64,000 nt of DNA from Octopus sinensis (Eukaryota). Below, in pieces: positions 26,584-41,327 of this stretch. Within the stretch, counting starts at the first letter, position 1. Every line of letters begins with the position of its first letter. The notes beneath the pieces were generated by a model. That model worked only from the letters and a program-made list of their open reading frames with translations, had not been told where the DNA came from and ran no database searches. The translations under genes were made by a program, and so were the position numbers. The stretch lies in assembly GCF_006345805.1 (NCBI RefSeq), contig NC_043005.1, forward strand, positions 101,866,001 through 101,930,000, given 5' to 3'.

Positions 26584-27091
26584 TATGTTTGTATACATGT
26601 GTGTGTAGCTATTTAGGATCTACACAAATTTTATATATACTCCACAAAGTTTGAAAGTGTTTAGTTAGAAAAAATTATTTTTTAAATCTGTAGGTCAAAA
26701 GGTAAAGATCCGGTATTTTAAATCTTTGTTGCATTTCTAATCTTTCTGATGTCTAAGGATGGTAAAGCTGTGTACGATGCCAAGCGAATTTAGCTGTTTA
26801 CAATAAGCGGATGTTTACGTTTTAGCTATTTACATGTTTACGTTAAGTACGTCACAAAATAGCTGTTTACGTCACAGTAACAATATTTTGAGAGGCAGTA
26901 AATGATATGAGGTCGAAACAAAGAATACCATTGGTGAAAATTCGAATTATTAAACAACGTTAAACTTAGAAATTACAATTCCGTTTTCATTTTGGTTTAC
27001 AATTGTTTTCTTTTGACACATTCTACCAGTATACGAAGTTTCAAATTGTTTAGTTAACTAGAAAAATCTGGCCTTCTTTTAGAAAAGATCC
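25506..27091. mobile_element. Non-autonomous long-TIR DNA element (Merlin- or MULE-like)
   Basis: TIRs GGATCTTTTCTAAAAG..., at least 235 bp (25506-25741 vs 26852-27091), with 3 mismatches in the first ~88 bp. TSD attcgttt at 25498-25505 and 27092-27099 (9 bp if the preceding C is counted). No coding sequence inside. Confidence 0.85.
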
Positions 27092-27792
27092 ATTCGTTTT
27101 ACTTATTTTTATGAGCGTAGAAAAGATACTATGCATGACACTGTATAGGAATTTAGTATTGATGAAAATTTGGGAGTAAAGTCTACCTCAGGGCATGGAA
27201 CCTGCTCTAATTGGTTGCAAGAGTAGACTACGACAAAGATCGAAGAAGGCAAGTGATGGTGTTAAACTAATTAATGATGTATGTTTAGCACCTCCAGCCC
27301 CTAGAGGCAGCTAGATGACAGGTCACACTGTTAAAATGAAAAATGAACTGTTTTTGTTTACCAACTTTATTCTCTAAAAATACACAAGAGGAAGACAAGA
27401 AGAATTACAACAACGAATAACCGTCAAGGCGGTCACTTCGACCTTCTAGATACATAAGGGAAATCTCTTTCGCATCATATCTCAGTATCTCAAAAGGATA
27501 AGTGCATATCCGATAGCGTATTTTTATGAACACTCAAAAGTTACCATGGTTACAACTGTGACATATTTGTATCACAGCTGATATCTTATTGGATCACAAC
27601 CGTAATGTGTCTCACCATATTCAATGGATTTAGTCGAAGACACAGACCCTTACATCAGTACTTATTTGTGCTCGGCGCTTAATACTCTTTCTATTCCTTC
27701 TATTTATGGAAGAAGATTTATACACCATTCATGTATACATACATACATGCATACATACATACACACACATATATATGTATATACTTATATAC

Positions 27793-27846
<54 letters not shown>

Positions 27847-27901
27847 GACAAATATATATATAGACACACACACACACATATATATATACATACACACACA
27901 C

Positions 27902-27940
<39 letters not shown>

Positions 27941-28376
27941 GACATATATACACATATATACATGTTATTATGCTTCTGTATATGGTATATATATATATAT
28001 ATATATAGACATATATACACACATATACATGCTATTATGCTTCTGTATATGGTATATATATATATATTTAGGAATTAATAAATAAATATATATATATTAT
28101 TGTAGAGAGTTGTATTTCAACCCCAGGAATACTCTTCCAGTTCATATAAGTGAGTTACACAAACACCGAGGGCTCACAACATCTGAAGAGTTAGCTGGTG
28201 CTTCAACTTGGCATCTATCCGAATTAAACAAACAGGAATAATGAATGGGAAATATACCGTATAAAGAAAATATTAAATAATTACATACACACGTGCATAG
28301 ACATACAAATGCAAACATTAATACACACACATATCCATTTAATATACACATAAATATATACGTGTTTGTATGTACG

Positions 28377-28411
<35 letters not shown>

Positions 28412-31299
28412 ATATGTATGTATATATGTATATATGTATGTATATGTATATATTGGTATATTCATTCATATATGTATACATATATTATTGTTTATATGTT
28501 TGTTAGTGTCTAGATATGTGCACATCGCGATTTATGTGTATAGTTTTCTTGATATACGTGTCTATGAATATATATACATTCTATCTTGAAAGCATTGTGA
28601 ATCAGGTTCGGAAAAATAAAATAGAGACAAAATCATGAAATATAATGTAGTAGCACAATATGCCAGAGGAAAGCACAGCGATAATGTTTTAATGCACAGA
28701 TATGAGAACCTTTCACGGATAAAAACTCTTCAAAGAGGGAAATAATGTCATTTGGCTAATGCAATTTACAATTTATAGCACTTCTCTCTTTATATGTTGG
28801 TGCATGATTGTACCTACGACAGCTGCTAACGTCATAGTGACGCAACGGATACTGGCCTGACGCCCACGAGCTTTCAAAGCGTGTTAGTTATGAATCTACA
28901 ATATATTATAATTAATCGGGTTATATAAAACTTGTTTTTAAAATATAATGCTGAAACAGCATTAGAAACAATGCATATAAACAAATGAAACTGACTTAAT
29001 ATGAACAAGAGTCAAAGTTGATATACAATGTTTTCTGAGAACAGATTGTAATTTATTCGATGTGAGTCTTTGACTGAACACGTCAAGATTGTTAAATTAT
29101 GCATGGAATGTAAAAAAAATGAGTTTCAATTTCTTGCTAGCGATTTTAACAATAATAACAACAACATTGATACATAATCTTTGTTAATGAGTCTCAGATC
29201 ACATCTGTTGCCCAATCTAGAGATAAGTGATCGACAGTAATTACTGGTATCTGCGTTAGTATCAACATTTTGACAAAGGCCAAGCGTGTTGAATATTTCA
29301 TCCAGGTCCTTAGATGCCAGGGTGCATAACTGATTTCAGTAGCATTTAATAAATACCCGAAAATGCTTAGATGACATTCTCTACTACCTTTGCTTTCAAA
29401 ACTGCCGCTGTTATATGAGATTGCTTACAATATTGTTATTAGATAACGCAAGAGAAAATACTAACGGATACTACTAGTTGATAACTATGGCCCTTTATGC
29501 ATTCCTTCATACTGATCACCTCCTACCGCAAAGAAAACGTCTTCTGTAATGTAGAATCATCCATTCACAAAACCATGAGATTGAAGAAGTTGTATTCCTA
29601 ACAGATATTGAACTAAATAATGAAGGATTAAATGTACTCGTGTATACCCAAAATTCGGATCGAAATGCCTGAAAGGGATTTGAATAATATCTTGAGTTGA
29701 TTTCGAAAAGAAGGATATTTCAGATTCGGAAAATAAATTACATAACATACAGCAAGAAATAAAGTTCAATATTTATTTTATTTTGACTATAGACATGGCA
29801 ATGTTTAAAGGAAAGGTTATATCGACTTAATTAATAATGTTATATTGATTACCTTTTAACTATGTTCAAGGTCATACTTCTCTATGGAATGGCTTATTGA
29901 CGATTTAATCTACCCAAGTGTACAGAAGGAATCAATTGCTATTCTTTATAGATCTAGTATTGATGAAATTCAAAGTAATCTCAAGAGGGATTTTGAATTG
30001 TGAACGTAGAAAAATGAAAGGAATTACAACAAATCATTAAATAAATAGCTCCATTGTTGCTGTCAACTCTCTCTTTTCTAATCTAAAGTATTTTATTATT
30101 ATCTGTTTGACCTCCGAAAGATACGAACTTAGACTTGAGAAAACCGAGTCAATAATAATTAAGTGATTCGTTTACCTTTCTGCTGTCTCATGGATCTTCA
30201 TAACTGTAAAATATGGTTGTTACTGGAGATAATCTGCATAAACAATATATTCTGCACAGCCTCACAGGTTAATCCACAGTGAGTCTTCACTAGTTCGGGC
30301 CGGCTCAACTGGTCCCGAGTGTATGATGGCGCAGATATAGATGATCATAGCATGAAAACAGAGCCACTATTGAGATCCTTTATTACACTCGTAAAACATG
30401 CCAAAAAATGAAGTCTTCCTTCAATAACAATTTATTTAACCACGGTACAATGAAGTAGATTCTACGTAAGATGATCGCCTTTATAGAAATAACAGCCAAA
30501 TATTCTCCAAGTTTCATTCTCTCGTCTCGTAACTATCCTAGGTATACTGCCAAAGATAGTTCTAGCTACACAATTCTCGAGAGAAAGAAAGAATAAGCAT
30601 GGTGTTTTTATTATGAGTATGTTGTTCAGTCTAATATGATCTGGAGTTAATCAATGGTAACAACGTACTTAGCTTCAACAATGGAGTTGGTCACAATTAC
30701 TGACTAAATGTCGTTATTATTCCGACAAGAATTGACTCTCATACTAAATAACAAATTGGTTGATTGGCAGAATCATTAAAGTGTCCACAGTTCAATAGCC
30801 AGAGAGGTCAATTGAAACTGCAATTTGTCCGTGATCGATAAATATGACAGTAGTCAAAGATGTAAGTCTATTCTTGTCTCCATATTTCTGTCTTCTCTAT
30901 TTTTTCACCTTCTCCAAAACGACTGAGCTACGGGAGGCTCATAAGGGCAACTTGCAGAATATAGTTTTTAAGTGTTGCAGTAAAATCACCGGCATTGAAT
31001 GCCCTATGCAGTCGTACTTATCCTCTGCTCCTACTACCGATTTGTATCAAGCACAAGGACAGATATACAAAATATCCATTTAACTGTATCACTTTTAAGA
31101 TAATGTTCCATCATTATGTGCTTTAAAGCTAATGCCTATTGTCGTTGTTACAGCAGCAATACTGGGTTCATTGGATTTTAACTCAGTCATCTGTCCATAA
31201 AGCACAAAGGGTATTAAGAATATTTAACTGGAAAACTCAATAACCTCTAGCTTGAAGAAGACTGGAAGTCACACGTACCAATATTGTACCTCATAGTCT

Positions 31300-31415
31300 T
31301 CCGAAGGACGAAAGGGACTATTGATCTTGGCAGAATTTGAACTAGGAATGTGAAAGGCTGGAATTAAACGCTACAATGCATTCTATACCAACGCATTAAC
31401 AATTTAGCCAATCCA
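31300..31415 (-). mobile_element. Highly diverged SINE family B-like fragment
   Basis: Reverse complement ...CCTAGTTCAAATTCTGCCAAGATCAAT..CCTTTCGTCCTTCGG resembles the B body. Confidence 0.5.
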
Positions 31416-34400
31416 GAAAGGCGTATGTTTTAAGGTAAAAAAAAATTCTTAAACAGCCTTAAGGTCATTGCTTCACAAACTGTCAATTAAAACCAAACCG
31501 GGTAGGTTTATCAATATACGCTAGAGAACTTCGAACCACGATTATTTTTATGGCTGAATTTATACTAACTTTGAAATACAGCTAATTAGCAGGTTATTAT
31601 CGCTACACTATTAAGATATAAAATGAATTTCAGTGATAAAGAAATGCCATTTATTTGCATTGAATCGATAAATAACTATAACCAATACAAAACTGATTAT
31701 GAGTTCATCCCATACCAACAATAAATAAATAAATAATAACATTAATAGCAATTCTTAATTAATGAATAAAAATAGTGAAATATCAGAAGAAATATATTTC
31801 CACAGATATTATATTAATTACAAAGTTAACTATAAACTCGCATTTTATAACATTATTGCGTGCATTTCGGTTTAGTTGTAACAAATAAAAATTACTGCTT
31901 CTGCTGCTGTTGTTGTTTAACCCCAGGTCAGTACTGGATTAAACCATACTGTCCAATCTCGCGTTACCTACATAAAATATCATGCCCTTCCTGGTGAAGA
32001 CGCCCATAGTAAACATATACACACAGGTGCGCACACACACACGCACACATACATTTACACATGCACAGATAATATATACATACATGTGTGTATATGCGAG
32101 TGTGTGTGTGCACGCTTGTGTGTATGTGTGTACTCAGTGGGGAAGAGAGCGATGTGGAAGTAACTGAAGTCTGACCACATAGCGACTACCTGGTTGTCTC
32201 GTAATGATTCTTATGTTTGGTTGTTGCTAATAGCCTCGATGATAGTAAATATTTTCTGAGGAGCAATGTATATAAGGAACAACTGATGATGGGGATAAGC
32301 TACTTGACTGGTGAGAAATAATAATGTTCAGATAAGTTATTATCGTTCGACTGAAGAGGCAAAACTATAAATATAATATTTATATGTAGCATAGTTGATC
32401 AATAGTTGTAATCTTATAAAGGAAACATCAGAATAATTAATTGCTCTGACAAAGCAAAATATATTCTCTTCCACGAACTCCTTTTCGACAAATTATTTTC
32501 AGAGATGCATTTTCCAATAAGTATATAATAGTATTTAGAACTATGTTCCATTTTCGCGGGAATGTCATGGATTTTAATACTTAACACTTGACAATCTCAA
32601 AATCATATTTAACATTGCACTACATTGTTATGTAATACAGGAAAAAAATTATTCGTTGTCAGTTAACAAGATCATCATTGCTGTAATCCTTTGAGCAAAT
32701 ATGTACCCGCTCAGTGCTACTCTAAGGAGGAACAGTAGCAGCAACAGAAACAAATGCGTAAAATAATATTTCGTTGACAAAAGTAAGGCATTGAATTACA
32801 AAGATAAACGTTTGATAAACAAGAGAATTTTCAAATTATAATTGTAATACTAATTCTCAGTTGTTGCTCATCAATTTTGTAATTAAATTCAGAACACACA
32901 ATGCATGTTTAGACTGATTATCTTCTGTCTTATATATCGCCAAAAGCATGTCTTCCAGGCATGACAACCCATATTGGAAGTAATACACGCATTGGGATTA
33001 GAGCAAATGCAACACCAACTACGAATGCACGGAAACGGAATGTTAATGCTGGAGATGAATAGATTAAAACGTTTCGCACAACTAGTCATATATCAGACCA
33101 GATGTAAAGAGGAGAAAATGATACAGAATGGGGAAAACAACGAGTAGTTCATATAAATTCTTGTATCATTCGTTCGACGTCACTCAGTGAAAAATCGTTT
33201 GCAATGTACTGTATATAATGCCGTTTCGAGGCAGACAAACACTATACATATATTTATGCGTAGGTATACTTCTAATTATACGTCTCTGTGTATATATGTG
33301 CATAAGCATGAACACGTATGCGTGCCTATATGTTTTACATGCGTGTACGGGTATGTACATTAATGCATATGTTACAATCACTTATGTATGCATTCATTTA
33401 GCAGTATGTATATCATCTTTAGTGCATGTGCAAAGTCTTTTTGTCTTGGGTTAAACAAATTAATTGGAACTCCATTAGCGTATGTAATGTTCTTAATATC
33501 TGGCATTATCGTTAGTTGTGCTTGCTGTTTACTGAAGTAATTATTAGTGGGTAATCGGACCTAATCGGAATGGCATGACGATCTTAATATTTTAGATTGT
33601 AGTGTATCTAAATTTCTCTTATATTTTTCAGGATGATAAAATGAGATTTGACTGAGTTAATTTAAAAACCAAATTAGACATTTTGAGATCAATTACATCG
33701 AAGAATAGACTACGAACCTCCCATGCGCAGTGACAAGGTTGTGGATATGAATATGAAGAGAAGACATGTCACAAGTTAAAGTTTTCGAAGGCATCAACTA
33801 TCTAGTTGATATTTTACATTTCGCTATATACAGCGGCATCAGGTAATAAACATATATACGAACCTAAACACACACACACACAATCACACACATACACACG
33901 CATACGCACGCCTACACACTTACACATGTACATTCACACACATACATAAAACACGTATATATATGCATTACATACACAAATTTTACGAAGTTTAGGCAGC
34001 AGGTGTCATGTATTTCTAATACTGAAAGCAGAACTAGAAAAACAGTAAATTTTACTTCGAGTCACACCTGTATTCCTATCCATCTCATAGCAGTAAGTGT
34101 AAAATATTGTCTTTCTTTATTAACCTTTTGAGAATATGGACAGCTCAACAATAAATTGGTTAACAGAAATTCCTGTTAAATATGAAAAGTTGCTATAGAA
34201 TTACACGCCCCCACCACTCGCGCACACATTCTCAAAAACACACGCACAAGCTAACAAGCACACATATTCACACTTTCACACACACGCATACAATATATAT
34301 ACGTATGCGCGTATACGTGTGTGCACATATATATATATATATGTATACATGTATAAGTATATATATATATAAATATATATATTTATATATATATGTGTGT

Positions 34401-34507
34401 GTACACATATGCATGTATGTATATATATATATATATGTAGATATATATGTATATATATATATGCATATATATATATATATATACGTATATATACGTATAT
34501 ATATATA

Positions 34508-34546
<39 letters not shown>

Positions 34547-35965
34547 CACACATACACACACACATATGTATGTGCGGATACTTATAGAAATTATATATAA
34601 ATGAGCCTTCCGTCATTTTCGACTGCCAATATTCCATTTATTCCACCAACTGAACTGCCTACCCAATACATTTTAATTTAATTGGTCGACGCCTTCCACA
34701 GATACCTGTTCACTTAACGAAATCCTCTGGTAATACCAATGTTAAATAGCGTATGACTAGTATGGCTCTTTAAATCATAAGTTCAATCCATGCACCAGTA
34801 TCATGACCGAAATTTTCCTAGGCACCGCTCTCCTGAACAACTTCCATCTGTCGCTTTGTGCACAATATATAACTCACTGAAATATAAAATGTTAATTATG
34901 AAGATCATTACATGCTGACATATAGTCTTCAATACATTTTTGGTAGGTAGATATTGCAGATAAAGCCACCCTCATGGGGCTGAGTCCGCTGCTTTTACCC
35001 GTGAGTTAAAGTCAAGTGATAAATGAAATGCCTATACAACTATGTATATAGTGATTCTGTATGTGTTTCTATGGATATATCTTCTCTAATCTATACTTTC
35101 TCTCCGCTTGGTTATTTGCTAAATTAATCACACATAACTCATACATAATTTCGAATATTATGTTGGTTTCAGAATAAATTTAGAATTTGTCTGTGAATTA
35201 TTTTATTATATTGTTTCAACCATTTGATTTTTCTTTAAATACAAAAAAGTAAATAAATAAATGAAATACCATACAATGAAAAATATAAATAACAAAAATG
35301 ATTGCTAAACTACAACGCAGTTATCAATATTCTTTTGTATTTCTTTTAGGAACCTTGTCAATTACGGCACCATTCATTTATTACTTCCGACTGTGGTTGC
35401 TAGCGATAAATTTTTCAGCCACATTGCTGATTTATTTACTCTTCTATGTTCAATGTCCTCCTAGTTATTGATTGCTTTGCTTATAATTATCATTTTTTCC
35501 TCTAATTTTATCTTTTTTTCCACTTTTTTCTGTGTGTATGTGAGTATGCATCGGTGTACGTATGTCTGCATCTGTATGTGAAATCATCTGTATTTTTGTG
35601 CTTTTTCCCCTGCTTTATTTTTGAATATCGATAATTGATATTTGAAAACAAAAAGAAAGTAATTTGCTTCATTTAAATAATTTTTCTATTTACAATTGAG
35701 AGAAAAAAAGAAGTCAATTTAAATTATAAATTAGAATATAGAAATAAACAGGATAACAAAATCACTTTTAACAAATTTTATTTTCAAATTATTTAAGCTG
35801 TTAGAGCATTAATAAAACGTCGACGTGAGATCGTTACCATTTAGAGTAGCAATACTACCTAAAAACCCTCGAATTATTTAAATGTATTGCTTTATTCTAA
35901 TGCCATATACTGTGTGAAGAAATATTGAATATTGACAGATAAGAAATGAAAATGTTGTTCCACAG

Positions 35966-36090
35966 GTTCGTACCCTATTTTACCACATATTTGCATTCCT
36001 GTAATATTCACTAGATCAACCATTAATTATAACTATGGCTTCCTATCAAACCGAGATACCTGTGTTAAAGGTGGCTGCAGCTCTCTACTT
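35966..36090 (+). CDS. Candidate internal host exon (125 nt), product unknown
   Basis: Acceptor tgttgttccacag|G and consensus donor CTT|gtgagt. One frame is open throughout (GSYPILPHICIPVIFTRSTINYNYGFLSNRDTCVKGGCSSLL). The alternative reading is an ATG at 36035 (MASYQTEIPVLKVAAALY). Confidence 0.45.
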
Positions 36091-36678
36091 GTGAGTGTTT
36101 CGTTACGGTGCAGGAATGATTCCACATGGAAAAATCTTTTACAGAATTAGCGCTCTTATCCAGAGAAAGAGATTTCTTTTAATTGTGTAGCTTAGTGAAA
36201 ACTGGGATAATATCCAGAACATCTAAATTTCTATTGAGCAAGATCACTGTGCTTGGTCAGGTTCAATACAAAGAAATATCTGATAAAGCAATCTGACATT
36301 CCTCGGCCCTTGATTTATTTCTATTGAATAACAAAAATTGAATAAATGAATGAATTATGAGCTGACGTCTGTAAAAATTAATATGTAAATGATCAGTGTG
36401 AAAACGTCTTTTACAGGAAAATATTGATTATTTTCAATTATTATTGTTTTTGTCTTTTTTCGCAGTTCATTAGTGAATTTCTTATTGATTCTAGTTAAAT
36501 GATAGTGTACACTCATCCTGAACAACAGTCGTCATGTGTTATATTCATGAGGTGCTTTACAGTAAATTCCTTCTTATAAGGGCTATCTGTAATAGAGTGT
36601 TCTCTAATTGTTAGTTGGTAGTGTGAACTAAGACTGAACAATGGTCGTCAGGTGTTATACTGTGCTTTTTGTCTATAG

Positions 36679-36714
36679 AGACCATATGAAATAAAGGGAA
36701 CGCAGTGTAAATAA
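36679..36714 (+). CDS. Candidate terminal coding exon (RPYEIKGTQCK*)
   Basis: Acceptor gtgctttttgtctatag|AG; phase 0 matches the preceding candidate exon; AATAAA motifs downstream. Confidence 0.3.
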   Translation, partial: RPYEIKGTQCK

Positions 36715-37149
36715 CGGACAGAGTCAAAACTATTGAAAAGGTTGCAAGACGCAACGAAAATTTTAGGAAAATAAATAATAAGAAATAAGAGGAAATTTTA
36801 CCGGTGAGTGTGTTAAATAATAAGGCACAAAAAGAAAATAACTCTCCCCAGACACAACAGAATATAAAATAAAGTTACCTACAAAAAGCTAATTTTGCCT
36901 GTGGTTGAGTTTAACTTCAGGTTGGCCTTGAAAAACCATGCTGACGTATAGTCAGAAGTATTCTAATGTGCTCTGTCTTTCTTAATATGTTAAAAAGCGA
37001 AGTAAAGATAGGTTTGATTCGGTGGGTATTTCTAACTAGTTAATTACTTGCCTAGAGGCACCCTCTGCTGTGTACATTCTTTGTTATTCATTCAAAATAA
37101 TTGGTCACTGCGGCATTATTCATGGATGTTTCCATGATTGCCCTACAAG

Positions 37150-38160
37150 GTGTATTTTGCCAAAGTGCATGTATCTATGAAACTTTTCAGTTCCTTCTGC
37201 TGAACCTTCCTCATCAGATGCTTCAGCATCTTTTCTTCTAAGAATGCTCCAGTAGCACCACTTTCCCATGACACATTTAGAGAAATATTGCATCCTTCAT
37301 ATTGACCATTTACTGAACGATTTTCCCAAACAAATCTTCTGTGGAAAAGACATTTTACAAGGTGCTCGCCACGCATTTTGGTCACATGGTCAGACGAGTA
37401 GAGGAGTGTTCCATAAAAAACAGTTTGAAGGGTGACCAGCAATGTGTGATTCAGAACATGCGTCTAGGACCTTGTACTGCCAAGAAATGTGTATGATTTG
37501 GGGCAGGTAGTTAAAAATGAATCTATGAAGCTTGTTACCCTACTTCATGCAAAACCACGTTTTAGTGGCGTACAGCAAAGTAGGTTGAACAACAACGTTG
37601 CAAATTTTGAAATTGTTTTGGAGTCTGCTATTGTTCCTCACTAAACGCAATAATGTCCCGGGCAATTCTTCTGCTGCTGTCTTTATCGTTTATGCAGAAA
37701 ATTCTTGAGAGAAAGCTTGTCACCGCGTTTGTAGTGTTTATACTCCTTGTGAAAAGCTGATTGGATCATTTCGATGAACATAATGATGATTATGTTACAC
37801 TCTGCTGCTTTCCAAAGTTTCATTTTGCATTGAAAGCACATGTAGTCGATATCCTTCTACGTTCTGGTGTTGATCTGGTGTCCCTCATGTTGACTAGCTT
37901 GCCATCACTGCGAGAGTAAAGAGGTAAGCAATTCTCTTTCTGCTGGAATATATATCAGTCAAAATAAATGACAATATCATGCTGTGCCAACATGCAACAT
38001 TGTTTCAAACTGTTTGTGAGTAGGAGTGTTGCCGTCAACTCCCAATCATACTCTCATTCTTTTATAACATGAACGTACAAGTTAAGTATTCTGCACATCC
38101 TTGATTAGTGATTATTCAGCAGAGCACGTCAGGAGTGTTAACGTTAAGGCACCGGACTGC
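37150..38160 (-). pseudogene. RTE-clade LINE 3' fragment, decayed
   Basis: YSRSDGKLVN (YRTDGKLFN-like), VVVQPTLLYATKTW, KLHRF...IIHISWQYKV and DHVTKMRGEHLVKCLF...RSVNGQ. Confidence 0.7.
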
Positions 38161-38340
38161 AAACAACTTGTCCACAGTACCACAATCCTCTCTAAACCAC
38201 CAGGGACTCTCATCAAGAATGTAATATAAACAGTGTATTTGAATATCAAACTAAATATTTTGTATGTATTTCAATTAAGATATCGTATGGAAAATGACTG
38301 ATGTCCCCCTCGAGTGTTCAAAGTGATTTTTTTACTCTCT

Positions 38341-38718
38341 TTTTATTCTCTTGTTTCAGTTATTTGACTGCGGCCATGCTAGAGCTCTGCCTTAGTCGAG
38401 CAAATCGACCCCAGGACTTATTCCTTGTAAACGTAGTACTTATTCTATCGGTCTCTTTTGCCGAACCGCTAACTGACGGGGACGTAAACACAACCCCATC
38501 GGTTGTCAAGCGATGGTGGGGGGACAAACATATACACACACATACATATATATATTCATATATGCGACAGGCTTCCTTTAGTTTCTGTCTACCAACTCCA
38601 TTCACAAGGCTTTGGTCAGCCCGAGGCTATAGTAGAAGACACTTACCCAAGGTGCCACGCAGTGGAATTTGAACCCGGAATCATGTGGTTGGTAAGGAAT
38701 CTACTTACCACACAGCCT
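38341..38718 (-). mobile_element. SINE family A, near full length
   Basis: Reverse complement aligns with 12565-12968. Confidence 0.87.
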
Positions 38719-38976
38719 TTTATATTTTCTTACAAACATCGAATTATATGCAAATGATTTTAATTTACGTATTTAGAAATACTCGGAGTAGGTACGTAGG
38801 TTTTGATTAGAAGAGGTCACTATGTTGGCTCTTTTCTTCTTTGGTACTTTCATCTGCAGTAGTTGCTCTGACCTCCTGAAAGTGTTCAGCCACTCGCACG
38901 GTCATTCCACGTGCAGACTGTTTCGTTGATCAGATCAACTAGGACCTTCGTCGTCGTAACCGACGGAGTGCCAGCA

Positions 38977-39285
<309 letters not shown>

Positions 39286-40454
39286 AGCAATCTTTCCATC
39301 TATCTAGCTATCTGTCTCTCTATCTTTGTATGTATGTATGTATGTATGTATGTATCTATCTATCTAACCCTCTCTCCCCATTTCTTTCTCATATATATAT
39401 ATATGTAGTTTGATAGGTAAACAGAGTGATAGATAGATGGAGCTGTACGATGCCGTGGTAGGTGTATAGACAATCAGACAACAGACACATAGGAAAACAG
39501 ATAGACAAAGATTTAATTAGAAACACCGAATACATATATACATCTTTAGTGAGAGTGCTCCAAGCAAATTGCATCTATAACGTAAGTTTTTCCCCTTTAA
39601 ATTAACGTCTTATGCGAATAATTCTCCAGAATAAAAATAAAACAATATGCAACTGCAAATATCAACATTAATCACCATCAACAGCAACAATATCAACAAC
39701 ATGAAGACCAAGAATAATAATATGAAGAACAACAATAATAGCAGCAATCTCATACATTAAGTGTACCGAAATAATACAATGAAATTCAAAAGCAAACAAT
39801 GTTGTTGCGTTCTCTCTTGTAAGATCTGAAACGATAACCGTAACGAAAACATGAATAAAGTAAATAAATAAAAACAGCAGCAACAACAACAACAGCAGCA
39901 ACTATACCAATAACAACAGCAAGTATTAGAAATGTAAAAGAAGAAGAAGAAGAAAGAGGAAAGCCTCTCGATTGCTTGGAAAGTAAGGAGAGGCGTTTCT
40001 ATGCTAATTAAAGAAACAATGTGGACCGTTGCAACAGAAATGAGGAAATATGCCGTAGGCAGCAAAGAACGGTAGGTAAGGTTGTGTTAACATATTCACA
40101 TATCTGTCTGGTGAACTTTCTGGAATTCACAGAGCAAAGGAAGCATATGTTCGTGAGAATATTTTTCTATACATACATATATACATACATACATGCATAT
40201 ATACATTCATGCGAATAAACGCAGGCGCAGATACACTCACACGTATACAAATATGAATGCCCGTATGTGCGCATGTATATAAGTATATATATACACAAAT
40301 CTAATTTACATCCATCCATCTATCCATTCGTGCATCCATATATACATACATATATTTGTATGTATGTGCGCGCGCGTACGTGTGTGTGTATCTATCTATC
40401 TATATATATATATATTGACACAGATGTGTGTGTATGTATGTATACCTATCTATC

Positions 40455-40497
<43 letters not shown>

Positions 40498-41078
40498 CAT
40501 ATATATAAATTCTCAAAATATGTGTGTATAAGTTTATATGTGAGAGTGCATATATTTGATATATATATTATATGTGCATGCCTTTAATCATATGATATAT
40601 GTATAGACACACACACACACACGCATACAATCTGAGACCAAACGCAGTAGACGTCAAGTATGACCATGAAAAGTATTAGAAGGCGAAACTCTATGAGACT
40701 ATTCAGCCAGAGAAATCACGTACATTGCCTCTCTTACCTCTTCACATTATACTTGCATTGTAACTTCATCTTCTAATACTTTCCATGTTTATCAATTACG
40801 ATTTGGGACTGATTTCCTCTTCATTTCCCCATATTGTTTTTCTTAGTTCCTATTTTAGTTTGGTTTCCATCAATAGGCAGATTGAATTATATTTCGTAGT
40901 TTCTATTATGAAAAACTCACTATATACCTGTGTCTCGAAAAAAGTATTATGCCATCACAAAATAGATACACATACAATTGTGTTAGTGCAATTAATTATA
41001 TACATATATAATTCATACATACGTAGACATAGTTATGTATCTAGTTTGCTACGTATTTAATGCATCTACGTACCAATC

Positions 41079-41135
<57 letters not shown>

Positions 41136-41140
41136 GCGTA

Positions 41141-41327
41141 GAGGTAATTCGTCTGCCGTTACGTTCTGAGTTCAAATTCCGCCGAGGTCGACTTTGCCTT
41201 TTATCCTTTCGGGGTCGATAAATTAAGTACCAGTTACGCACTGGGATCGATATAGTCGATTTAATCTGTCTGTTTGTCCTTGTTTGTCCCCTCTATGTTT
41301 AGCCCCTTGTGGGTAATAAAGAAACAG
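41141..41327 (+). mobile_element. SINE family B headless body unit in (TA)n
   Basis: Starts at GGTAATTCGTCTGCC and ends at GTAATAAAGAAACAG. Confidence 0.85.

Noticed and set aside
28178-28235. CTGAAGAGTTAG...CTATCCGAATT hammerhead-like string
   Set aside because: No GAAA strand or cleavage triplet, and stem II forms only with an offset and mismatches.
29500-29780. Minus ORF resembling kinase subdomain VI (QYLLGIQLLQSHG); plus strand faintly like a PLE N-terminus
   Set aside because: No HRD motif, a stop follows immediately and there are no splice sites; the PLE resemblance is too weak to call.
35351-35470. Strong acceptor followed by a hydrophobic frame GTLSITAPFIYYFRLWLL...
   Set aside because: No convincing donor, and the phase does not fit the neighbouring candidate exons; AT-rich DNA often yields hydrophobic frames.
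40020-40080. Possible exon MWTVATEMRKYAVGSKER ending at ACG|gtaggt
   Set aside because: Short, weak acceptor, no recognisable homology and no linked exons.
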